From assembly GCA_040877545.1 (NCBI GenBank), contig JBBDNN010000081.1:1-32000 (forward strand): DNA of 32,000 bases, read 5' to 3'. The notes beneath the pieces were generated by a model. It searched no databases. It was given only the letters and a program-made list of their open reading frames with translations, and was not told the origin of the DNA. Origin of the DNA: Balneolaceae bacterium. Its GTDB lineage: Bacteria; Bacteroidota; Rhodothermia; Balneolales; Balneolaceae. The position numbers and the translations under genes are program-made. Within the stretch, counting starts at the first letter, position 1. The number at the start of each line of letters is the position of its first letter. This document shows, one piece after another, positions 1-6,793 of the stretch.

Positions 1-218
1 GCCAAATTTCAGATTTTGAGTATGAATTCAGAATGGCACTCACCAATAAACGCCTCGCCCCGGAAGTGGATACTGTTTTTTTAATGCCGGATGAAGAGTT
101 CACTTTTATCTCTGCTTCCATTGTTAAGGAAGTTGCCTATTGGGGCGGCGAGCTTAGTTCTTTTGTACCAAAAAATGTGGAAACGGCTTTGAAACAGAAG
201 ATGAGGAAGAGGAAATAA
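1..218 (+). CDS. coaD: Phosphopantetheine adenylyltransferase, C-terminal fragment. The CDS starts upstream of the window; the first full codon is at nt 3.
   Basis: The frame containing ORF 33..218 stays open back to nt 3. It reads QISDFEYEFRMALTNKRLAPEVDTVFLMPDEEFTFISASIVKEVAYWGG, which matches the conserved CoaD C-terminus as I recall it from E. coli (ISDFEYE...FLMPS..WSFISSSLVKEVA). Confidence 0.85.
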   Translation, partial: QISDFEYEFRMALTNKRLAPEVDTVFLMPDEEFTFISASIVKEVAYWGGELSSFVPKNVETALKQKMRKRK

Positions 219-311
219 AATCTACAATTCCTCTTTAATCTCTATTCACTTATCTCCTAACATCCTCTATATTCCAATACATACTTTCTCACAAATTCAT
301 CAAAGCACAAA

Positions 312-1508
312 ATGATCTCGAAACGCGCGCAAAATTTACAGCCATCAGCAACATTAAAAGTTACAGGCCGCGCAAAAGAACTTAAACGGCAAGGGAAAAA
401 TATAATCTCTTTAAGTGCTGGCGAACCAGATTTCAAAACTCCTGTTCATATTTGTGAAGCCGCAATTGCCGCCATCAACAATGGCGAACATGGGTATACT
501 ATGAATACCGGTACCCCCGAATTACGAGAAACTATTTGCACAAAGCTGAAAAGAGACAACAACCTGAATTACGATCCTTCGCAGATTATCTGCTCCAATG
601 GCGCCAAGCAATCCATCGGGTTTAGCCTGTTGGCCCTGATTGATGCCGGCGATGAAGTAATTATTCCGGCCCCGTATTGGGTTTCCTATCCCGAAATGGT
701 GAAGCTTGCAGAAGGAATTCCGGTTACGGTGCGCACTTCTTTTGAGAATAATTTTAAACTAACCCCCCAGCAACTTACAGATTCCATCACCCAAAAAACA
801 AAGGCTATTATAATATGCTCGCCTTCTAACCCTACTGGCTCATGCTATACAAAAGCAGAACTGGAAGCATTGGCAGATGTTTTGAGAAAGCATCCTGATA
901 TCTACATCATATCCGACGAAATCTATGAATTTATGGTTTTTGATGATGAACATGTTAGCATCCTAAATGTAGCGCCTGATTTGAAAGAGAGGGTTTTATT
1001 GGTCAATGGTTTTTCTAAAGGATTTGCTATGACAGGTTGGCGGCTGGGTTATCTTGCTGCATCAAATGAAGTAATTGCGGCGGTCGCGAAAATACAGAGC
1101 CAGGAAACATCAGCGCCTTCTTCTATTTCGCAGGCTGCAGGTCTTGCAGCCTATCAGGGAGATTTAACTGAAGTGCATAAAATGCGCGATCAGTTTAAAA
1201 AACGCCGCAATTTTATGGTTGAGGCTCTTAACAATACCATAAGTGGTGTTAGTTGTTTTATTCCCGGCGGTGCTTTTTATGTATTTCCTGATATTTCAAA
1301 ATATTTGAAAACCAAAACACCGGATGGTCTCTCTATCGAAACCTCCACAGACCTGTGCCTGTATTTGCTGAATGAATTTGGACTCGCTCTCGTCCCCGGC
1401 GATGCATTCGGTGAACCCAATGGCCTGCGAATGAGCTATGCTGTTTCTATGGAAGATTTGGAAGAAGCAATGGACAGGTTTAGAAAAGGGTTGGCCACAC
1501 TTAAGTAG
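312..1508 (+). CDS. Pyridoxal-phosphate-dependent class I aminotransferase (aspartate aminotransferase type)
   Basis: 398 aa. It carries the PLP-lysine motif context NGFSKGFAMTGWRLGY, plus SNPTG and an N-terminal LSAGEPDF, typical of AspAT subgroup Ib. Confidence 0.9.
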   Translation: MISKRAQNLQPSATLKVTGRAKELKRQGKNIISLSAGEPDFKTPVHICEAAIAAINNGEHGYTMNTGTPELRETICTKLKRDNNLNYDPSQIICSNGAKQSIGFSLLALIDAGDEVIIPAPYWVSYPEMVKLAEGIPVTVRTSFENNFKLTPQQLTDSITQKTKAIIICSPSNPTGSCYTKAELEALADVLRKHPDIYIISDEIYEFMVFDDEHVSILNVAPDLKERVLLVNGFSKGFAMTGWRLGYLAASNEVIAAVAKIQSQETSAPSSISQAAGLAAYQGDLTEVHKMRDQFKKRRNFMVEALNNTISGVSCFIPGGAFYVFPDISKYLKTKTPDGLSIETSTDLCLYLLNEFGLALVPGDAFGEPNGLRMSYAVSMEDLEEAMDRFRKGLATLK

Positions 1509-1530
1509 TTTGAACTCTGATTATTTATGG
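1509..1530. repeat. Partial copy (left-arm fragment) of the palindromic repeat family seen at 1973-2062
   Basis: tttgaactctgatta (1509-1523) matches tttgaactttgatta (1972-1986) at 14 of 15 positions. Both are followed by tttatgg. Confidence 0.6.
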
Positions 1531-1569
1531 TCTTAAATTAGATTGAGCAGGAAGTTATTCCAAAAACAG

Positions 1570-1589
1570 AATCTTAACCAGTTAAGATT
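1570..1589. promoter_or_regulatory. 20-bp near-perfect palindrome directly upstream of the GxxExxY ATG
   Basis: aatcttaac (1570-1578), ca, gttaagatt (1581-1589). The 9-bp arms are exact reverse complements. The ATG is at 1591. Confidence 0.4.
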
Positions 1590-1590
1590 T

Positions 1591-1983
1591 ATGATTGATG
1601 AACAGTATAAATATTCAGCTTTAACCTCCAAAATTATTGGAGCGGCTATGCAGGTTCATTCAACTTTTGGTAGTGGCTTTCAAGAAGTGATTTATCAAAG
1701 GGCATTAGCAATAGAAATGAGCGATGGAGGTATTAACTTCGGGCGAGAACAAGAAATGCCTGTATTATATAAAGAAAGACAAATAGGCACCCGTCGTGTA
1801 GATTTTTTAGCAGAAGGTGTAATATGTGTGGAAATAAAAGCAGTCATTGAGCTTGATGATGTTCATTTGGCACAGGCTATTAATTATTTAGAAGCTTTTA
1901 GGTTGGAAATCGGCCTGCTTATCAATTTTGGTTCGAAGAGTCTGCAATTTAAGCGTGTGCAGAGTAAAAGTTTTGAACTTTGA
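1591..1983 (+). CDS. GxxExxY family protein (small PD-(D/E)XK nuclease-fold protein)
   Basis: The family-name motif is present in GSGFQEVIYQRAL, followed by VDFLAEGVICVEIKAV (D...E.K nuclease-like core). I prefer the ATG at 1591 (131 aa) to the TTG at 1543 in the ORF track, because family members usually begin about 10-15 aa before the KIIG segment. Confidence 0.8.
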   Translation: MIDEQYKYSALTSKIIGAAMQVHSTFGSGFQEVIYQRALAIEMSDGGINFGREQEMPVLYKERQIGTRRVDFLAEGVICVEIKAVIELDDVHLAQAINYLEAFRLEIGLLINFGSKSLQFKRVQSKSFEL

Positions 1984-2062
1984 TTAGTGTGATTGCTTTA
2001 TGGAATGATTGGGGAAAAATATCATCATGCTAAACATTAAATCACCCTAATCACAGTTCAGG
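1973..2062. repeat. Palindromic (MITE/REP-like) repeat unit, copy 1; potential long hairpin
   Basis: tgaactttgattagtgtgatt (1974-1994) is the reverse complement of aatcaccctaatcacagttca (2040-2060) at 19 of 21 positions, with a 45-nt spacer. The left arm overlaps the last codons and stop of the GxxExxY gene. Confidence 0.7.
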
Positions 2063-2118
2063 CCACTTCTACCTACCAATTTTATGCTAATCTACAGTAC
2101 TCGGTTCATAAAGCAACA

Positions 2119-2213
2119 TCTTTGATCTTTCATTGGTGTGATTTTATGATGGACTGTGATTAGGAAAAACAGCCATCATGCTAATCAGTAACTCGCACGA
2201 ACCAGAGTTCAGA
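2119..2213. repeat. Repeat unit, copy 2 (diverged, carries indels)
   Basis: It shares collinear blocks with copy 1: TTTGAT, GTGTGATT, TTATG, GATT.GG, AAAAA, CATCATGCTAA, AGTTCAG. Its right end cagagttca (2203-2211) is the exact reverse complement of tgaactctg (1511-1519). Confidence 0.6.
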
Positions 2214-2386
2214 CAATTATTACATTTGCCTGAGATTATTTTCATTTGGTCTTGTATGATTTGTGCGAGATGCTATTCATTATAGGATTAATTTTTTCCT
2301 TCCTCTGGCACAGAATTTGATATCTTTTACTTCGTATATTCATTGATAGAGAATCCTTCGGAAGATCTAAATAACCTATAAGAATC

Positions 2387-2671
2387 ATGCCTACATACGA
2401 ATACAAAAGAGAAGACGGAAGTATCTTTGAAATCAATCAAAAGATGAGTGAAGATGCATTGACAATTTGTCCTGCTACCGGACAAAAAGTAAAAAGAATC
2501 ATCAGCGGCGGCGGTGGAGTGCTTTACAAGGGCGATGGCTGGTATGTTACCGATTATAAAAATGGCGGACGAAAATCCGGGGAAAAAGAAACCGCTCCTA
2601 AAAAAGAAGGCGCAAAAGCAGAAGCACCAAAGACTGAAAAACCAGCAAAAGAAACAAAGACTTCGGAATGA
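2387..2671 (+). CDS. FmdB-family (CxxC_CxxC_SSSS zinc-ribbon-like) small protein, Cys-depleted variant with a Lys/Glu-rich tail
   Basis: It has the N-terminal MPTYEYK...FE...M.ED.LT.CP..GQKVKRIIS and GDGWYVTDYK hallmarks of the FmdB family. Only one of the four canonical Cys residues is present. Confidence 0.7.
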   Translation: MPTYEYKREDGSIFEINQKMSEDALTICPATGQKVKRIISGGGGVLYKGDGWYVTDYKNGGRKSGEKETAPKKEGAKAEAPKTEKPAKETKTSE

Positions 2672-2771
2672 TCAAATTCCTATGAGCAATGGTTTTTATA
2701 TTTGAAATTTGGTTCTTGGTCATTATGCTTATTTTAAAGCCAACATTGATTTTTCAATAAGAAATTAGAGC

Positions 2772-3347
2772 ATGTCAATAAAACGACCGGTAGCCTATGA
2801 AGAAGCCCTGGATCAATTTGTGGTTCTTTGGGGTGAAATGGCTTCAGCATGGGGAATCAATAAAACGATGTCCCAAATTCATGCCTTGTTGTATGCAGAG
2901 TCGCATCCACTTGATACTGATTCAATCATGAAGAAACTGCGCATCAGCCGTGGAAATGCCAATATGAATCTGCACCGGTTGCTGGAATGGGATCTTATTC
3001 ATAAAGCCCATTTTAAAGGAGATCGTAAAGATTATTACACTGCCGAAACAGATGTCTGGAATATAGTTTCTACGATCATTCGGGAGAGACAACAGCGGGA
3101 AATAGCTCCCATTCGTGAGAACCTTGTCATGTGCCTGGAAACGTTAGAATCCGGAGGAATGGAAGATATTGAAAGCCAGGAATTTAAAGGCCGAATTGAA
3201 AGTTATATGGAGTTTCTGGAAATGTTTGAACGTTTTACCGGAGCTTTGCTGCCCTACATCAACAAAAAAAATCTGGGATTTCTTAAGCAGCTGGTGAAAT
3301 TGGTAGAAGTAAAAGAATCGTTAACAGGGAAGAAAAACAATGGCTAA
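2772..3347 (+). CDS. GbsR/MarR-family winged-helix transcriptional regulator
   Basis: WGINKTMSQIHALLY...PLDTDSIMKKLRISRGNANMNLHRLLEWDLI...GDRKDYY matches the GbsR-type pattern (COG1510-like) as I remember it. Confidence 0.7.
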   Translation: MSIKRPVAYEEALDQFVVLWGEMASAWGINKTMSQIHALLYAESHPLDTDSIMKKLRISRGNANMNLHRLLEWDLIHKAHFKGDRKDYYTAETDVWNIVSTIIRERQQREIAPIRENLVMCLETLESGGMEDIESQEFKGRIESYMEFLEMFERFTGALLPYINKKNLGFLKQLVKLVEVKESLTGKKNNG

Positions 3348-3705
3348 AAATGCAAACCGGCAAGTTGGTAATGAAGCGGAAGAATTAGCCTGTGCTTACC
3401 TGGAAACAAAAGGATGGACTATTCTGGAAAGGAATTATTTTTTTCAGCATTCTGAAGTAGATATTGTAGCTTACGACAATAAAGCCATTGTTTTTGTAGA
3501 AGTAAAAATGCGCTCTTCCACCAAATATGGCCATCCACAGGAATTTGTAACAGATGTGAAAGTGGAGCATGTTTTTAAGGCAGCAGAAGCATGGATGTAT
3601 GAACGAAAAATGGATGGCTCGCCCATGCGATTCGATGTAATAGGAATCGTGCAAAAAAGAGGAGAAGCACCAGATTTCACCCATCTCGAAGATGCTTTTC
3701 GGTGA
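3340..3705 (+). CDS. yraN: YraN family (UPF0102) PD-(D/E)XK endonuclease-like protein
   Basis: G..AE.LA..YL...GW.ILERN......EVDIVA.....IVFVEVK.R and RFDVIG are family hallmarks. The start ATG overlaps the upstream stop in ATGGCTAA (8-nt overlap). Confidence 0.8.
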   Translation: MAKNANRQVGNEAEELACAYLETKGWTILERNYFFQHSEVDIVAYDNKAIVFVEVKMRSSTKYGHPQEFVTDVKVEHVFKAAEAWMYERKMDGSPMRFDVIGIVQKRGEAPDFTHLEDAFR

Positions 3706-3754
3706 AGTAATGTTCACATAGAGAGGCAAGATTTTGCGTACGTGTACAACAAAA

Positions 3755-4039
3755 TTAAACCGCCCGGTTTCTGCCTCTTAAAACAGCGCCAAGAATAGCC
3801 GTAAAAAGTGCGGCGCCAATGATTGACCAAATTATAGGGAAGGGGTTTCCATCAATTTCCACCGTCCAAAGCTCTGGCAAACCTAAATTGTTAGCAATCC
3901 ACAAACCAATAACAGCACCAATAAATCCAACACCTGCCGAAATGAGGCAACCACCGAAACTATAACCGCTTAAACTCTGCCCAATTGCACCACAAATTGC
4001 AGCAATTAATAATAGTATCAAGAATCCAAAAAGTGACAT
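3755..4039 (-). CDS. GlsB/YeaQ/YmgE family (transglycosylase-associated) stress membrane protein
   Basis: 94 aa, Gly-rich with three hydrophobic helices. IAAICGAIGQ and GFIGAVIGLWI are typical of the family. Confidence 0.75.
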   Translation of the reverse strand: MSLFGFLILLLIAAICGAIGQSLSGYSFGGCLISAGVGFIGAVIGLWIANNLGLPELWTVEIDGNPFPIIWSIIGAALFTAILGAVLRGRNRAV

Positions 4040-4051
4040 AAACTCTCCGTT

Positions 4052-5125
4052 TTAAGTTTTAGCTTTCTGTTCTAACACTATTGCCGGCTCCAAAGGTTTC
4101 ACCGTCACCTTTTCATTCACTTCAAGCAGCAAGCGGTTATCTGTATGTACTATATATTTATCACCCTTAAACAGCACATGATAAGTTATGTCGTGCCCGC
4201 GGAATTCTCTTCCTGTTATTATACCGCTTTCCTCTCCATTTAAGGACGAGCGTTCTATGGTAAGATGTTCCGGGCGTATGGAACATAACACCAGGCCATT
4301 AGCTTCTTTATTTAATTTAACCCGGCCAAACCTCGTTTCCACATCTTTTGACCCATCAGCATGTGCACGGAACAAATTTGTTCTTCCTAAGAATTGCGCT
4401 ACAAATTGGGTTTTGGGATGATAATATACCTCTTCCGGTGTACCAATTTGCTCGATTTGACCATTGTTCATTACAGCAATTCTATCGGCAAAAGAAAGAG
4501 CTTCTTCCTGGTCGTGGGTTACCAATATGGCGCTCATTCCTGCTTTTTTTAAAATAGCACGCACTTCTTTTCGGGTTATATCACGAAGCATGGCATCCAA
4601 CCCGGAAAAAGGCTCATCCATTAAAACCAGCCGTGGTTTAGGAGCTATAGCACGTGCAAGAGCAATCCGCTGCTGTTGGCCGCCAGAAAGCTCATCAGGC
4701 ATCCGGTCTTTATATTTCTCCATCCCGGTACGGCATAAAACTTCTTCAGCCAAAAAAGAACGTTTTTTCTTTTCTACTTTCCTCAGGCCAAAAGCCACAT
4801 TTTCGAGCGCAGTCATATGTGGAAAAAGAGCATAATCCTGGAACACAAAACCAATTTCCCTGTTCTGGGGTGAAATGCTTTTTTTGCGGCATTCCACCAG
4901 CTCACCTTCAATATGCACTTCACCGGCTTCACACTTCTCAAAACCTGCAATAAGGCGTAAAGTTGTAGTTTTACCACAGCCACTAGGCCCAAGCAGTGCG
5001 AATATTTCATTCTTCTCTATTTCAAAACTTACCTCATTTACCACCGGCCCGCTTTGATCAAAAGATTTTGTTAATCCCGAGATTTTTAATAGAGTATTAG
5101 TCATTTTAGGATGAATCATATTCAT
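4052..5125 (-). CDS. ABC transporter ATP-binding protein, importer type (FbpC/PotA-like with a C-terminal TOBE-like domain)
   Basis: Walker A GPSGCGKTT, signature LSGGQQQR, Walker B LVLMDEPFS and H-loop VTHD are all present. The start is uncertain: in-frame ATGs occur at codons 1, 3 and 8. Confidence 0.9.
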   Translation of the reverse strand: MNMIHPKMTNTLLKISGLTKSFDQSGPVVNEVSFEIEKNEIFALLGPSGCGKTTTLRLIAGFEKCEAGEVHIEGELVECRKKSISPQNREIGFVFQDYALFPHMTALENVAFGLRKVEKKKRSFLAEEVLCRTGMEKYKDRMPDELSGGQQQRIALARAIAPKPRLVLMDEPFSGLDAMLRDITRKEVRAILKKAGMSAILVTHDQEEALSFADRIAVMNNGQIEQIGTPEEVYYHPKTQFVAQFLGRTNLFRAHADGSKDVETRFGRVKLNKEANGLVLCSIRPEHLTIERSSLNGEESGIITGREFRGHDITYHVLFKGDKYIVHTDNRLLLEVNEKVTVKPLEPAIVLEQKAKT

Positions 5126-5261
5126 ATATTTAGATTCAGTCTATATAAGATACGGTTTATTAGATTAGTTGTGAATTTTTGATGCGTGAATATTTGTGAA
5201 ACAGGGATGGAAAATGTAAGTTATTTCCGATCTTACTGAGAATAAAAACTAAAACAACCTT

Positions 5262-5753
5262 ATGAAAAACTTAAGCATCTACACTTTGGTATTAGCTATT
5301 ACGTTGGTAGCTATACAGGCATGTGGACCAAGCGAAGAAGAACGCAAAGCGGCCGAAGAAGCCCGGCTCGATTCTTTACGACAAGTTGAACAACAACGAC
5401 TTGCTGCTCTGACAGAAGCCCGGGAAGACAGTCTAACATTGGTAGCCGAAGAAGAGCGCATCATGGAAGAAGAAGCCAACAGCATTAATTTTGTTGATGG
5501 CGGAGACTTTGCCGTACAGGTTGGCGCCTGGCGTTCCGAAGAAAAAGCAAACAGCTTTTTAAACAGATGGAGTGACAGAGACTATTCCAGTGTATATGTA
5601 GTTGAAGTTGGGGATAGCAAAAGTGGAAATGTATGGTACAGGGTTCGAATCGGATTTTTTGGCTCAAAACAAGATGCCGAGAATTTAGGGATTGAACTTG
5701 CAGAAGAAATTAACTCAGGATATTGGGTTTCCAGAGTTCAAAGATCCACCTAA
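5262..5753 (+). CDS. SPOR domain lipoprotein
   Basis: A signal peptide with lipobox (AIQAC) and a coiled charged linker precede a C-terminal SPOR-like FAVQVGAW.....A......W.........V......WYRVRIG.F....A..L. Confidence 0.75.
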   Translation: MKNLSIYTLVLAITLVAIQACGPSEEERKAAEEARLDSLRQVEQQRLAALTEAREDSLTLVAEEERIMEEEANSINFVDGGDFAVQVGAWRSEEKANSFLNRWSDRDYSSVYVVEVGDSKSGNVWYRVRIGFFGSKQDAENLGIELAEEINSGYWVSRVQRST

Positions 5754-5852
5754 TCTCTCTGTATGTGGCCATAATTTATTTTAGTTGTTTATCTGCCATC
5801 CATTTACTTAATTAAAGAAGCGCTCAAGTAGCGTCTCTCTTGATGAATAGTC

Positions 5853-5891
5853 AGGGCATTGCATATGAATAATGCAATGCCCTATTTTTTT
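5853..5891 (+). terminator. Rho-independent terminator downstream of the SPOR gene
   Basis: A perfect 12-bp stem, agggcattgcat (5853-5864) with atgcaatgccct (5872-5883), encloses a 7-nt loop and is followed by a and then T x7 (5885-5891). Confidence 0.8.
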
Positions 5892-6005
5892 GCATCTTTT
5901 TTAAATCACTCTACGTAAGCCGCGGCCGGTAAAATACTTTCCTAATTCTGAGGTTTACGTTATTATCACATTTGTAAATCACATTAATAAATTAAATAAA
6001 GCGGA

Positions 6006-6356
6006 ATGAAAAATTTCAGTATCGCTACACGCAAAAAAAACCAGGTAAGTATACTGGATATCAGTGGAGAACTTGATGCCCACACCGCTTCACAATTAGA
6101 GAATTCTCTTAAATCTCTTATTGATGATGAGAATTATTCCATCATTGTAAATTGCAGAGGACTGGATTATATAGCCAGTGCAGGCCTTGGCGTATTTATG
6201 GCCTATATAGAAGATGTTCGCGGGTTGGGAGGAGATATCAAACTTACCAATATGAACGACCGGGTTTATAATGTATTTGACTTATTAGGGTTTCCTACGC
6301 TCTATGATATTCTTGATGATGAAAGTGAAGCATTGGCAAGCTTTTCAAATAAATAA
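6006..6356 (+). CDS. STAS-domain anti-sigma-factor antagonist (SpoIIAA/RsbV-like)
   Basis: 116 aa. G.LD..T...L...L and DYIASAGLGV (conserved phosphorylatable Ser context), with a C-terminal V..L.GF. It is the first gene of a tightly packed trio. Confidence 0.85.
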   Translation: MKNFSIATRKKNQVSILDISGELDAHTASQLENSLKSLIDDENYSIIVNCRGLDYIASAGLGVFMAYIEDVRGLGGDIKLTNMNDRVYNVFDLLGFPTLYDILDDESEALASFSNK

Positions 6357-6364
6357 ATAAGAGA

Positions 6365-6787
6365 GTGGCAAAAGCAAATAATATACACACCCTATCTGTG
6401 AAGGCTTCAACGGAGCACCTGGCAGAAGTGCGCGATTTTGTTGCAGCACACGCTCAGGAAATTGGTTTGTCTGAAAAAGAAATTTCAGAAATCAGGCTTG
6501 CTGTAGATGAGGCTTATACAAATATCATCAAACACGCATACAAAAACTCTCCTACGCAAACGGTTAACATAGAAATTGGCTCTGATAATTCGCAGTTATG
6601 GATTTCACTCATTGATGAGGGTAAAAGTTTTGATCCCTCTACCTACAGCGAGCCCGATATCATACAGCGAATCAAAGAAAAAAAACGTGGAGGTATGGGC
6701 GTTTATCTTATCAGGAAGGTAATGGATCAGGTGCAGTATAACCGGAAAGGCCATACCAATGAAATTCGAATGGTCAAAAATCTTTGA
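6365..6787 (+). CDS. Anti-sigma regulatory Ser/Thr kinase (SpoIIAB/RsbW-like, HATPase_c)
   Basis: 140 aa. N-box EAYTNIIKHAY, then IDEGKSFD and GGMGVYLIRK (G-boxes). GTG start 8 nt after the STAS stop. Confidence 0.85.
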   Translation: MAKANNIHTLSVKASTEHLAEVRDFVAAHAQEIGLSEKEISEIRLAVDEAYTNIIKHAYKNSPTQTVNIEIGSDNSQLWISLIDEGKSFDPSTYSEPDIIQRIKEKKRGGMGVYLIRKVMDQVQYNRKGHTNEIRMVKNL

Positions 6788-6793
6788 CTCACC

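Noticed and set aside
2146-2187. An A-B-A'-B' arrangement in repeat copy 2 that resembles an H-type pseudoknot: atgatgg 2146-2152, tgattag 2157-2163, ccatcat 2173-2179, ctaatca 2181-2187.
   Set aside because: The connecting loop between A' and B' is 1 nt, too short to span a 7-bp stem. The pairings are also not preserved in copy 1, where a simple long hairpin is formed instead. This is more likely leftover palindrome symmetry than a pseudoknot.
2242-2436. A 64-aa minus-strand ORF spanning the fmdB-like start and upstream region.
   Set aside because: It overlaps the well-supported fmdB-like start, has no motif and shows AT-rich codon composition. It is probably spurious.
3385-3729. A 114-aa minus-strand ORF (and a nested 69-aa one) covering yraN.
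   Set aside because: It is antisense to a gene with clear YraN family motifs, and its translation has no recognisable features.
4188-5057. A stack of plus-strand ORFs (77, 69, 123, 99 and 60 aa) lying antisense to the ABC ATPase gene.
   Set aside because: The minus-strand frame carries unmistakable Walker A, signature, Walker B and H-loop motifs. The plus-strand translations are Ser/Arg/Pro-rich with no recognisable motifs, which is typical of shadow ORFs.
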